Positions 54,640 to 63,895 of a stretch of DNA of 64,000 nucleotides are shown piece by piece (the stretch's first letter is position 1; each line of letters starts with the position of its first letter). The notes below the pieces were generated by a model. It was not told the DNA's origin. It made no database searches and saw only the letters and a program-made list of their open reading frames with translations. The stretch comes from Nostoc sp. DedSLP01. Lineage in GTDB: Bacteria > Cyanobacteriota > Cyanobacteriia > Cyanobacteriales > Nostocaceae. The stretch covers positions 20,778-84,777 of the forward strand of contig JAVRCJ020000032.1 of assembly GCA_034530875.2 (NCBI GenBank), read 5' to 3'. The translations under genes were made by a program, and so were the position numbers.

Positions 54640-54721
54640 CTTAAGTGTCTTAACTGTCTTAAATATCTGCTTAACTGTCTTAAATGTCTTAAATGTCTTA
54701 ACTTATTAACTTCTTAACTGT
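54640..54721. repeat. Imperfect 9-bp tandem array (CTTAA.TGT) upstream of the microviridin precursor
   Basis: CTTAAGTGT CTTAACTGT CTTAAATAT ctg CTTAACTGT CTTAAATGT CTTAAATGT CTTAACTTA TTAACTT CTTAACTGT. Confidence 0.85.
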
Positions 54722-54789
54722 CCTTGCACACATATTTAATTACTGATATATCTTTAATTGCCAAAATAATTTCCCTAAGGGAAAACTCT

Positions 54790-54978
54790 ATGTCTACAAA
54801 CACACTCGAAAAAGTGGATGTTGCAGTAGTACCATTCTTTGCCCGTTTCTTACAAGAGCAAGGTGTTGATGCAGCGGAGCCTACTCCTCCTTCAACACCA
54901 CCTTCTAATCCTCCTTCTAATCCTCCTTTTATTTACACTTTCAAGTTTCCTTCAGATTGGGAAGATCCAACCTCTTAG
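54790..54978 (+). CDS. mdnA: Microviridin (graspetide group 1) precursor peptide, 62 aa
   Basis: Leader motif PFFARFL and core TFKFPSDWED; purine-rich RBS (AAGGGA) before ATG 54790; two ATP-grasp ligases follow. Confidence 0.95.
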   Translation: MSTNTLEKVDVAVVPFFARFLQEQGVDAAEPTPPSTPPSNPPSNPPFIYTFKFPSDWEDPTS

Positions 54979-55167
54979 TCTTCTAGCTCTGAAAATAAAC
55001 TTAAAGCAGCTCTTAGGGAGGGCGATCGCTTTCATCTTATTCGATGCATAATATGGAGGCGATCGGTTCTTCCACAGCCGATATTTTTTGTACAAGGAGA
55101 ATGTAAAAAAGAATTTATTTGGTATTTCTTAATATCAATTTAGAAAAATTCTCTCACAAAATATTTT

Positions 55168-56160
55168 ATGCACCTGTCTCGTGATGTTGTTCTATTAATC
55201 ACTCACAGTTCTGACTTTTTCACAATAGATAGAGTGGCAGAAGCCTTATCAAAAAAAGGGGCGCAACCATTTCGTTTAGATACCGATAGGTTTCCTCTAG
55301 AAGTGGAATTAACAGCATCTTTTGATAAGTCAAAAAGCTACCACACTATAGAATATAACAACTGCTCGATCGGTACAGAACAGGTGCAAGCTGTGTGGAT
55401 GCGCCGCATTTGGGAGCCAACACTCAGCCCAAAATTAGCTTCTAAGTTTCGAGAAGCTTGCGTTAGAGAATCAAAAGCAACTTTAGATGGTTTTTGGGAC
55501 AGCCTAAAAGAAGCTCGCTGGATAGATAATTTAGAACGGATAAATTATGCAGAAAATAAACTGCGTCAACTGCGGGTTGCCTCTGAAGTAGGTTTTGCGA
55601 TTCCCCAGACTGTTATCACCAATAAAGCTGAGTCAGCGCGAGAGTTTTTCCAGCAAGTCAAGGGAAAAATGGTGAGTAAATTACTAACTCCTCTTTCCCG
55701 CAGTATGGAATACACCTCGTTCTTTCTTTACACCAGCATTGTTAAAGAAGAAGACTTAGCAGATGCCGAATCACTACGCCACTGTCCGATGGTTTTTCAA
55801 GAACAAATCCCCAAACAGCAGGAACTACGCGTGGTGTATGTGAATGGTAATGTATTTGTGGGGGCGCTAAATGCCGATGTCTATGCAGCAGCCAAAGTTG
55901 ATTGGCGTCAACCTGGTGTTGATATTGGTGCATGGCAACACCACCAGCTTCCTAATGAAGTAGTTCGCCGTCTTCAAGCTTTTATGGGAAGATTTGGGCT
56001 GTTGTTTGGGGCTTTAGATTTCATCGTCACGCCATCAGGCGAATATGTCTTTTTAGAAATCAACCCTGTGGGAGAGTGGGGAATGCTCGAGAAGGATCTA
56101 GACTTACCGATTGCAAATGCGATCGCTGATGCCCTACTTCAAAGAAAAGATGAATGTTAA
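55168..56160 (+). CDS. mvdC: ATP-grasp ligase, amide-forming type (MvdC/MdnB)
   Basis: LLITHSSDFFTIDRV, FRLDTDRFP, VWMRR, NKLRQL, PMVFQEQIPK..ELR, DWR, FLEINPVGEWGMLE. Confidence 0.9.
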   Translation: MHLSRDVVLLITHSSDFFTIDRVAEALSKKGAQPFRLDTDRFPLEVELTASFDKSKSYHTIEYNNCSIGTEQVQAVWMRRIWEPTLSPKLASKFREACVRESKATLDGFWDSLKEARWIDNLERINYAENKLRQLRVASEVGFAIPQTVITNKAESAREFFQQVKGKMVSKLLTPLSRSMEYTSFFLYTSIVKEEDLADAESLRHCPMVFQEQIPKQQELRVVYVNGNVFVGALNADVYAAAKVDWRQPGVDIGAWQHHQLPNEVVRRLQAFMGRFGLLFGALDFIVTPSGEYVFLEINPVGEWGMLEKDLDLPIANAIADALLQRKDEC

Positions 56161-56193
56161 TGAAGGCAGGAGGCCGTTTTTGTAACGAGGATT

Positions 56194-56270
56194 TATAGCC
56201 GTAGTCAGATATCTTAGGACATTTTTAAAGCTGGAATGCTAGACATAGCAATATTTTTACCTCCTACCTT
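56194..56270. mobile_element. Diverged partial copy of the 35738/38783 element between the two ligase genes
   Basis: TATAGCCGTAGTCAGATAT.TTA.GACAT...GAATGCTAG is shared with 38783 onward. Confidence 0.6.
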
Positions 56271-56317
56271 GCCATAACGATGATTTTTAACACTGAGCTA
56301 CTTAATTCCTAATTATT

Positions 56318-57295
56318 ATGACCGTATTAATAATTACCTTTAGCCAAGACAACGAAAGTATTCCTCTAGTCATCAAACAAATTGAGGCTAAAGGAGAAAA
56401 AGCATTTCGGTTTGATACAGACAGATATCCCACTGAAGTCAAGCTAGATATTTATTTTGGCGATACAGAACGGGTAATTATTACTGATGGCGAACAAAAG
56501 CTCGATTTGGGTGAGGTATCCTCTGTTTGGTATCGCCGGATGCGCTACGGGCAAAAAATCCCTGCCTCAATGGACAAGCAATACAGAGATGCGTCAGTTA
56601 ACGAATGTCGCGCCACTGTCAGAGGTGCGATCGCCAGCCTCCAAGGATTCCACTTGGATAAAATCTCTAATGTAGAGTGGGCTAATAATAAACAACTACA
56701 GCTACAAATTGCACGACAAGTCGGACTTCTAACTCCACGTAGCTTGACTTCAAACAATCCCCAAGCAGTCAAGCAGTTTTCTCAAGAGTGCCCGCAAGGG
56801 CTAGTCACCAAAATGCTTTCTTCCTTTGCGATTTACAATGAGCAGGGGCGAGAAAACGTGGTGTTTACCACTCCAGTTACAGCCGACGATTTGGAGAATA
56901 TGGAAGGGCTGCGTTTTTGTCCGATGACATTTCAAGAAAACGTACCCAAGGCGCTGGAGTTGCGGACAACTATTGTCGGACACCGCGTATTTACTGCCGC
57001 AGTAGACTCGCAAAGTTTGGAAGGATCTACTTACGACTGGCGCAGAGAAGGAAAAGCCCTAGTTAAGAATTGGCAACCATACAACTTGCCAGAAGATGTT
57101 GAAAAAAAGCTGCTCAAACTGATGGCTTATTTTGGCTTAAACTATGGAGCAATTGATATTATCGTCACTCCTGATGGGCGGCACGTATTTCTCGAAGTTA
57201 ATCCAGTCGGCGAATTTTTTTGGATGGAGATATATTCACCGCACTATCCTATTTCGGAGGCGATCGCAGAAGTATTACTAACTAAGAAAAATTAG
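56318..57295 (+). CDS. mvdD: ATP-grasp ligase, ester-forming type (MvdD/MdnC)
   Basis: MTVLIITFSQDNESIPLVIK, FRFDTDRYP, VWYRR, TKMLSSFAIY, PMTFQENVPKALELR, FLEVNPVGEFFW. Confidence 0.92.
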   Translation: MTVLIITFSQDNESIPLVIKQIEAKGEKAFRFDTDRYPTEVKLDIYFGDTERVIITDGEQKLDLGEVSSVWYRRMRYGQKIPASMDKQYRDASVNECRATVRGAIASLQGFHLDKISNVEWANNKQLQLQIARQVGLLTPRSLTSNNPQAVKQFSQECPQGLVTKMLSSFAIYNEQGRENVVFTTPVTADDLENMEGLRFCPMTFQENVPKALELRTTIVGHRVFTAAVDSQSLEGSTYDWRREGKALVKNWQPYNLPEDVEKKLLKLMAYFGLNYGAIDIIVTPDGRHVFLEVNPVGEFFWMEIYSPHYPISEAIAEVLLTKKN

Positions 57296-57442
57296 GTACT
57301 CAAATAAAAAAAATCAACAACTTTAACTAGAGCCAATTAGCCATTATTTTGAAAATTATTAATAAATTTTATTATTAACTTTATTGCTATTTAAAACTGA
57401 TTTTTCAATTAAAAATTATTTATACTTGGAGATTCAATAATT

Positions 57443-59671
57443 GTGACAAACCTAGCAGATACACAAATAGTTTTAACATTTGATGGCGTCGATGATTATA
57501 TAGATTTTGGCAGAAACGACATTGGCGGTGTTTTCGCTCAAGGAAGTTCAGCCTTTACGGTTTCCGGGTGGATAAATCCATACGAACTAACAACTAAATC
57601 CACTAGTTATGGAACGCGTAATGTATTTTTTGCCCGTTCATCAGAGCGATACAGCGATAATTTTGAATTCGGCATCAGTGAAACAGGAAGCTTAGACGTC
57701 TTCATCGATGAAACTGTGAGCAAGGGTATCAAAACCTTTGGGAATGGAGAATTAACTATAGGACAATGGCACTTTTTTGCCATTGTTTTTAATAGCAGTC
57801 AAGTAACAGTATATCTTGATGAAAATGAATATAACGACTCTCTTAGAGGTTCATCTTTAAACAAAGCGACAAGTTCTGTAACTCTGGGAGCAACTTTACA
57901 CAAACAAGTCTATTTTAAAGGACAATTAGCAAACATTAGCGTTTGGAATTATCCATGTACTCAGGCACAAATCCAAACCCATCGTTCTGGATTAATAGCC
58001 GGGGATGAAGAAGGATTAGTGGCTTACTGGAAATTAAATGACGGGCAAGGAACAACAGTCAAAAACAAAACTGGAAAGTCTTTTCAAGGAAATTTTCGCG
58101 GGAATCCTAGTTGGGAGTTAGCACAAATTCCATTTGCAACCCAATCATCTAATCCGGTGCCATTTGCAGCACCATTATCCGAACAAGAGGATATCCAAGA
58201 AGATATCCAAATTGAAACACCAGTTATTCCTGAAGAAAATATCTCAACAGTAACCACAGATTTATTAGCAGCAACGATACCGTTAGCAACCAACGACGAC
58301 GAAGCCAAGGAACAAACAAACACAGAAGAAGAATCCGAGGTTTCCCCAACCTTAGAAGCTCTCCAGCCACAGGAAGAAGAAACCAAAAAAGACCAAACTC
58401 AAGATTCCGTTATCGAACAAGCACAAATATTAACTCAGGTAACAACCAACGAGGAAGCCAAGGAACAAACAAACACAGAAGAATCCGAAGTTTCCCCAAC
58501 CTTAGAAACTCTCCAGCCACAGGAAGAAGAAACCAAAAAAGACCAAACTCAAGATTCCGTTATCGAACAAGCACAAATATTCACTCAGGAGGAACTGCCA
58601 GAAGCTATGAATACACAAGCCCAGCCTAAATATAAAATACTTGCCATTGATGGAGGCGGTATTCGGGGCATTATTCCTGCACTTCTCCTTGCAGAAATTG
58701 AAAGGCGGACACAAAAACCTATATTCAGTCTGTTTGATTTAATTGCTGGTACTTCCAGTGGTGGAATTTTGGCGCTGGGACTAACTAAACCCCGAGTTAC
58801 TTCTGATGTATCTGATTCCCTACAAGCCGAGTACACTGCTGAGGATCTCGTACAATTATATCTTGAGTATGGAGTAGAAATATTTTATGAGCCATTCTTT
58901 GAAAGAATACTCGGCCCAATAGAAGATATATTTCTCCAGCCAAAATATCCTTCTGAAAGTAAAAAAGAAATATTAAGTCAATATTTTGGTAACGCTACTT
59001 TAGAAAGTAACCTCAAAGAAGTTTTTGTAACTAGTTATGATATCGAGCAACGAATTCCGATACTTTTTACAAACAAACTCGAAAAAGAAGAGAAAAGATC
59101 TGAAAACTTTCGCAAGTTGTGTGCAGGGTTTTCGCTTTTAGATGTAGCATTGGCAACTACTGCCACTCCGACTTATTTTGCTCCCCATAGAATTATCAAT
59201 ATTGAGAATTCTAACAGCGCCTATAGTTTAATCGATGGTGGTGTGTTTGCTAATAATCCAGCCCATTTAGCTGTTTTAGAAGCACAAATTAATAGTAAAC
59301 GTCAAGCAAACAAAGTCCTCAATACGGAAGATATTTTAATAGTTTCTTTAGGTACAGGTTCCCTGACTAGTGCCTACCTTTATAAAGAAGTTAAAAATTG
59401 GGGACTCTTGCAATGGGGAAGGCCGCTTTTAAATATTGTTTTTGATGGTAATAGTGAAATAGTATCTGGACAATTAGAACAGGTGTTTGAACCTAGCGAT
59501 CCAGAAGCTAAAAATTCTTATTATCGCTTTCAAATATTGTTAGATAAGGAGCTAGAAGAAATAGACAATATCAAATTACAAAATACTCGTCAGCTACAAG
59601 CTATCGCCCATCGTTTGATATCGGAAAAAAGTCAACAAATCGATGAATTGTGTAGTATTTTATTGGAGTAA
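57443..59671 (+). CDS. LamG/concanavalin-like domain, acidic linker and patatin-like phospholipase fusion
   Basis: LTFDGVDDYI...WHFFAIVF...LVAYWKLNDGQG (LamG); IDGGGIRG, AGTSSGG (GxSxG), IDGGVFANNP, SLGTG (patatin). Confidence 0.9.
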   Translation: MTNLADTQIVLTFDGVDDYIDFGRNDIGGVFAQGSSAFTVSGWINPYELTTKSTSYGTRNVFFARSSERYSDNFEFGISETGSLDVFIDETVSKGIKTFGNGELTIGQWHFFAIVFNSSQVTVYLDENEYNDSLRGSSLNKATSSVTLGATLHKQVYFKGQLANISVWNYPCTQAQIQTHRSGLIAGDEEGLVAYWKLNDGQGTTVKNKTGKSFQGNFRGNPSWELAQIPFATQSSNPVPFAAPLSEQEDIQEDIQIETPVIPEENISTVTTDLLAATIPLATNDDEAKEQTNTEEESEVSPTLEALQPQEEETKKDQTQDSVIEQAQILTQVTTNEEAKEQTNTEESEVSPTLETLQPQEEETKKDQTQDSVIEQAQIFTQEELPEAMNTQAQPKYKILAIDGGGIRGIIPALLLAEIERRTQKPIFSLFDLIAGTSSGGILALGLTKPRVTSDVSDSLQAEYTAEDLVQLYLEYGVEIFYEPFFERILGPIEDIFLQPKYPSESKKEILSQYFGNATLESNLKEVFVTSYDIEQRIPILFTNKLEKEEKRSENFRKLCAGFSLLDVALATTATPTYFAPHRIINIENSNSAYSLIDGGVFANNPAHLAVLEAQINSKRQANKVLNTEDILIVSLGTGSLTSAYLYKEVKNWGLLQWGRPLLNIVFDGNSEIVSGQLEQVFEPSDPEAKNSYYRFQILLDKELEEIDNIKLQNTRQLQAIAHRLISEKSQQIDELCSILLE
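58287..58589 (+). repeat. About 150-bp in-frame tandem duplication in the patatin linker
   Basis: 58287-58439 and 58443-58589 are near-identical (EAKEQTNTEE(E)SEVSPTLE.LQPQEEETKKDQTQDSVIEQAQI.TQ twice). Confidence 0.95.
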
Positions 59672-59817
59672 AAAATATTTCTTATATCTGGCGCTAAACA
59701 ACTGGCAAACTGCCAAGCCTAGCTGCAATACGTAAGATTTTTAATTGCTTCAAAAAAGATATTAGCAATCAATTGCTTAGTCATGTTTTCACATTATAAG
59801 GATTTGAGGTAACTACA

Positions 59818-60222
59818 ATGGATGAACTCGTCAAAAAACTTGCTGGTTTGGGCCTTCCTGGCATACTTTTCGTGATTGCAACAGCTACATCAGGGGGTAG
59901 TGTCGCCGCCGTTGTCGCTATGCTTTCATCGCTGGGCGGGCCTTTAGGCTTGTTAGGAGGTTTAGGACTGCTTGGGCTGGTAGGCATTCTAGGGGAATAC
60001 ATAGCAGCATTTGGAATTGAAAACATTCTGAAGCTCGTTTATTCAGAACGCAGCAAAACCGAATCTGTGAGATTTCTTCTCAAAGAAATTAAAGAATTAC
60101 CCATTACAGATGAGTTAAAACTCAAACTGAAACATCATATTAGCCCTGTAGTCATTACCGAGCCTGATGAAGGGCCTACTCCAAGAACAGTCGAAATTGT
60201 TGATGAGGAACCAGTAATCTAG
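59818..60222 (+). CDS. Small Gly/Leu-rich membrane protein of unknown function
   Basis: GAGG RBS; hydrophobic GxxxG-rich N-terminal half (LGGPLGLLGGLGLLGLVG) and charged C-terminal half. Confidence 0.75.
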   Translation: MDELVKKLAGLGLPGILFVIATATSGGSVAAVVAMLSSLGGPLGLLGGLGLLGLVGILGEYIAAFGIENILKLVYSERSKTESVRFLLKEIKELPITDELKLKLKHHISPVVITEPDEGPTPRTVEIVDEEPVI

Positions 60223-60623
60223 TACCCCAAGGCGGAATTCAAAATTCAAAATGAATACAGCATAAGCGTTTCATTAATTTAGAATAGATGGTTTATTTCC
60301 CCCGTGTTGTACTAGTGCATTCGATTAAATCCTCCCTAACCCTGAAGTTAAATTAAGAAATTTATCTCTTAAGGTAGGTAGGGGGGAAATAAATCTTCAA
60401 TCTTTAAAAGTAAAGTAAGAATTCAGCACCCAGGAGTCAGAAGCCAGAATATATAAAGAGTTTAGTAGAAGTAAGATATTCATTTATCAAATTTTCATCT
60501 GATTCTTTAACTATTCTGGCTCCTGAATTCTTACAAAGTAAAAATGGCCTCTGAGTCTAAGTTAATTCTCAAAGGCCATTTCAAATTATATAGTCAAATT
60601 AAGAACAGTTAGATTTTTAGAAT

Positions 60624-62645
60624 ATGCAAAGTCCATCTGTCCGCGAGCAAAATATCACAAATCCTTTTTCAGCGTTAATCCAATTTTGGCAGGATGTGAA
60701 AATAGTTGCTCAACCTTATTGGTATCCTACAAAAGCAGAGGGAAGAGCATTTGCAGATGTGATTCGTTCGTGGGGAATGCTGATTTTTTTAGTATTCTTA
60801 ATCGTTTCAGTTGTTGGTATAAATGCTGCAAATAGCTATTGGAATCGCTATGTAATCGATATTGTTGTTGAAGAGAGAGATATTGCTAAATATAACAGTA
60901 CTTTATGGCTGTCCTTTCTGATTATTGTAGTAATGGTCATCTTGGTAACTTTTTTAAGATATGTCAGAAAGAAAATCACTCTTGACTGGTACGAATGGTT
61001 AAATAATCATATTTTAGAAAAGTATCTCAGCAACCAAGCTTATTATAAAATTAATTTTAAATCTAACATAGATAATCCAGATCAAAGGCTATCCCAAGAA
61101 ATAGAACCTATTACTAGTATTGCTTTAAGATTTTCAACTACTTTATTAGAAAAAATTTTGCAAATGGGGAGCGCTTTGATTATTCTCTGTACCGTTTCTC
61201 CACAAATGGCAATTTATTTAATTATTTATACAATTATTGGAAATTTAATAGCTATTTACTTAAATCAAGCAATCAATATAGTTAATCAGCAAGAATTGGC
61301 GTTTAAAGCTGACTTTGCTTATTGCCTAACTCATGTTCGCAATCACGCTGAATCGATCGCTTTTTTTCAGGGAGAACAAGAAGAATTAAATATCATTGGA
61401 CGCCGATTTAATAATGTTCTGCAAACTGCTGAACGGAGGCTGAGTTTGGAGAAAGGTCAAGATGCTTTTGGCAGAGTATATCAGTCTGCCATTGGCGTAT
61501 TTACCATGTTTGTACTCACTCCTTTATTTATTCAAAATCAAATAGATTATGGAGAAATAAACCAAATTAGTGTAGCTTGCTTTATGTTTTCTAACGCCCT
61601 GGGAGAGTTAATAGGTGAATATGGGATTTCAGGGGGACTTTCTAGCTATGTCAAACGTTTAGCTGAGTTTTCAGATGCGCTAGAAGCTGTAAGCAAAAAA
61701 ACAGAGAATATAAATACGATTAAAGTCATAGAAGAAGAACGTTTAGCTTTTGAAAGTGTCACCTTAAAAACGCCAAATTACGAGCAGACGATTGTTGAAG
61801 ATTTATCGCTTGCTGTTGAGCCAGGTGAAGGCTTGTTGATTGTTGGCCCTAGCGGGAGGGGTAAAAGTTCTTTATTGAGAGCGATCGCAGGTTTATGGAA
61901 TGCAGGAACTGGTCGTTTAGTACGTCCTTCTCTAAAAGAAGTCTTATTCTTACCCCAAAGACCTTATATCATTTTGGGTACTTTGCGCGAACAATTACTC
62001 TATCCACATACAGACCGACAAATGAGCGACAAAGAACTCGAACAAATTTTGCAACAAGTTAACTTGCAACACTTGCTTACCCGTGTAAATGGCTTTGATA
62101 CAGAAGTTGCTTGGGAAAATATATTGTCCTTGGGAGAACAACAACGCCTCGCTTTTGCACGGCTATTAATTTCACATCCTAGTTTCACTATCTTAGATGA
62201 AGCAACAAGTGCTTTAGATTTGAATAACGAAGATAATTTATATCAAAAGCTACAAGAAACAAAGACAACTTTTATCAGCGTTGGTCATCGAGAAAGTTTA
62301 TTTAATTATCATCAATGGGTATTAGAGCTTTCACAAGAATCTAGCTGGCGACTTGTTCCCATAGAAGATTATCGGCTGCAAAAACAAATAGCCGATAAAC
62401 CATGCAATAAAGACCACAATACAAGAGATTTTTACCCTGAAAAGGAACTCGCAATTAAACAAGAAACATTACCTCTGACAGCCACAATTGTGCGGCTTTC
62501 TCATGAAGAACTCAAAATATTAACAGACTACTCTCTTAGCACTATCAAAACCAAGGGAAGACAAGGAAAGCCGATTACAACTAAGGATAACGCCACATAC
62601 CGCTATAACAAAGACCCGGAGGTATTGAAATGGATTAGGGATTAA
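60624..62645 (+). CDS. ABC transporter fused permease/ATPase (YddA/ABCD-like; MdnE-type)
   Basis: IDNPDQRL, RNHAESIAFFQGE (EAA-like), GPSGRGKSS, FLPQRPY, LSLGEQQR, ILDEATSALD, SVGHR. Confidence 0.93.
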   Translation: MQSPSVREQNITNPFSALIQFWQDVKIVAQPYWYPTKAEGRAFADVIRSWGMLIFLVFLIVSVVGINAANSYWNRYVIDIVVEERDIAKYNSTLWLSFLIIVVMVILVTFLRYVRKKITLDWYEWLNNHILEKYLSNQAYYKINFKSNIDNPDQRLSQEIEPITSIALRFSTTLLEKILQMGSALIILCTVSPQMAIYLIIYTIIGNLIAIYLNQAINIVNQQELAFKADFAYCLTHVRNHAESIAFFQGEQEELNIIGRRFNNVLQTAERRLSLEKGQDAFGRVYQSAIGVFTMFVLTPLFIQNQIDYGEINQISVACFMFSNALGELIGEYGISGGLSSYVKRLAEFSDALEAVSKKTENINTIKVIEEERLAFESVTLKTPNYEQTIVEDLSLAVEPGEGLLIVGPSGRGKSSLLRAIAGLWNAGTGRLVRPSLKEVLFLPQRPYIILGTLREQLLYPHTDRQMSDKELEQILQQVNLQHLLTRVNGFDTEVAWENILSLGEQQRLAFARLLISHPSFTILDEATSALDLNNEDNLYQKLQETKTTFISVGHRESLFNYHQWVLELSQESSWRLVPIEDYRLQKQIADKPCNKDHNTRDFYPEKELAIKQETLPLTATIVRLSHEELKILTDYSLSTIKTKGRQGKPITTKDNATYRYNKDPEVLKWIRD

Positions 62646-62718
62646 ATCAACTAGGACTTACGCACTGAAGCTTGAAACCTCGATCCCCCCACTACCCCCC
62701 GATAAATTGGCTACGGTG

Positions 62719-62838
62719 TAAGGGAATTCCAACTAAAAAAATATACAATCACCAGGGGTAGCAGAGGGAGCAGGGGAGGAAGATTTCAGATGATATTTAC
62801 TCTCACCCATTGAATAATTTATTTTTTGGAAGTCCCTA
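62719..62838. mobile_element. MITE-like element (same family as 21366-21474)
   Basis: TAAGGGAATTCCAACTAAAAAAATA...TTTATTTTTTGGAAGTCCCTA inverted ends. Confidence 0.6.
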
Positions 62839-62849
62839 AATTCTCTGGC

Positions 62850-62975
62850 TAATAGCTCAAGTCTACTGAAGTAGACTCAAAAAGTTTGGGTATATTTAGT
62901 CATCTTTTGATGACTTTTGCTATTAGCAAGGAACTTCAGTTACTTGCGGGACATCGGTTCTACGTTAAGTTGACA
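62850..62975. repeat. Palindrome-rich dispersed repeat
   Basis: AGTCTACTGAAGTAGACT and AGTCATCTTTTGATGACT hairpins; the 3' part CTTGCGGGAC.TCGGTT.TAC.TTAAGTTGACA recurs at about 4392-4424. Confidence 0.55.
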
Positions 62976-63208
62976 TCTATGACAGCTGAAAAGCCCCTAC
63001 AAATCAGCGTATTTTACCCCAATACATCGGCAGGGGTTAGGGTGGGGTAAACTTACAAAGTTATATTTATTACTTTATTTATTTGTAAGTACTTAATTTT
63101 GTCTGGCTGACGAGTAGACTATCACTTAAGGAAGCTCAAACTAACTGTGTTGACAAGCTATAAAGTATGTGTAGATGAAACGCACGATATTATAGAGAAA
63201 AAATCTGT

Positions 63209-63688
63209 ATGACAAGCTACCAAGAAACCCTAACTAATGATGAAGCCATCAATGAATTAATCGCCCAGACTACAGGTATCAACCATCTGGAGGTAATTGA
63301 AAATGTCATTGACAGCTTAGAACAAGATGACAGCGCAATGGTTAGCCATAGGCCAGAGGGTGATTATCTTTGGAAATTTAAGTACGGGAGTGTGGAAGTA
63401 TTTGTCCAACTGACTGGCACAAGCGATGAAGATACCATAACGGTTTGGTCTGCGGTGCTAGATTTACCTGCCAAAGATGAACCTAAGTTAATGCGGTATC
63501 TTTTGGAGTTAAATTGCTCCAGCACTTTTGAAGCGCGTTTCGGTATTATTGAAAATCGCGTAGTTGTGATATCTACGCGCACCTTAGCAGAGTTATCTCC
63601 GGGCGAAGTCTCTCGGCTCATCACCATTGTGGCAACGATCGCCGATAACAACGATGAAGCTTTACAATCTGAATTTGGCGCAGGGTAG
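63209..63688 (+). CDS. YbjN-domain (type III chaperone-like fold) protein
   Basis: LWKFKYGSVEVFVQLTG, LLELNCSSTFEARFGI, LITIVATIADNNDE. Confidence 0.85.
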   Translation: MTSYQETLTNDEAINELIAQTTGINHLEVIENVIDSLEQDDSAMVSHRPEGDYLWKFKYGSVEVFVQLTGTSDEDTITVWSAVLDLPAKDEPKLMRYLLELNCSSTFEARFGIIENRVVVISTRTLAELSPGEVSRLITIVATIADNNDEALQSEFGAG

Positions 63689-63758
63689 AGGGGCACAGGT
63701 GCAGAGGAGAAAGAACTTGTACAACAAATCTCCTCTGCTTTCCTGCTCCTTTTAAGGG

Positions 63759-63857
63759 CAGGTTTTCTATACCGTAGAAAGATTCTTCTATATAGGGAAT
63801 TCCGGAACGTTCTTGCATTGTTTGTGCCATTTGTATTGCTACATTTGAGCAAAGTAT
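63759..63857 (-). pseudogene. About 33-codon fragment resembling NifE (nitrogenase component 1 family)
   Basis: Translates to ILCSNVAIQMAQTMQERSGIPYIEESFYGIENL, similar to the recalled NifE segment CS.A..NMARKM.E.YGIPYIEESFYG. The flanks are not homologous. Confidence 0.65.
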
Positions 63858-63895
63858 CCCTCTTCTGTCACTTTCCGGGTATTCTGAATAAAATT

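Noticed and set aside
54640..54721. Possible CRISPR array
   Set aside because: The units are 9 bp with no unique spacers, and no cas genes are present.
54724..54789. Longer 84-aa precursor starting at TTG 54724
   Set aside because: ATG 54790 has an RBS and gives a typical microviridin leader length before PFFARFL.
57443..59671. CBASS system (patatin effector plus nucleotidyltransferase)
   Set aside because: There is no adjacent CD-NTase. The only nucleotidyltransferase is more than 50 kb away and belongs to a different family.
63364..63852. 162-aa minus-strand ORF
   Set aside because: It is mostly antisense to the YbjN gene; the NifE-like similarity is in a different frame and limited to about 33 codons.
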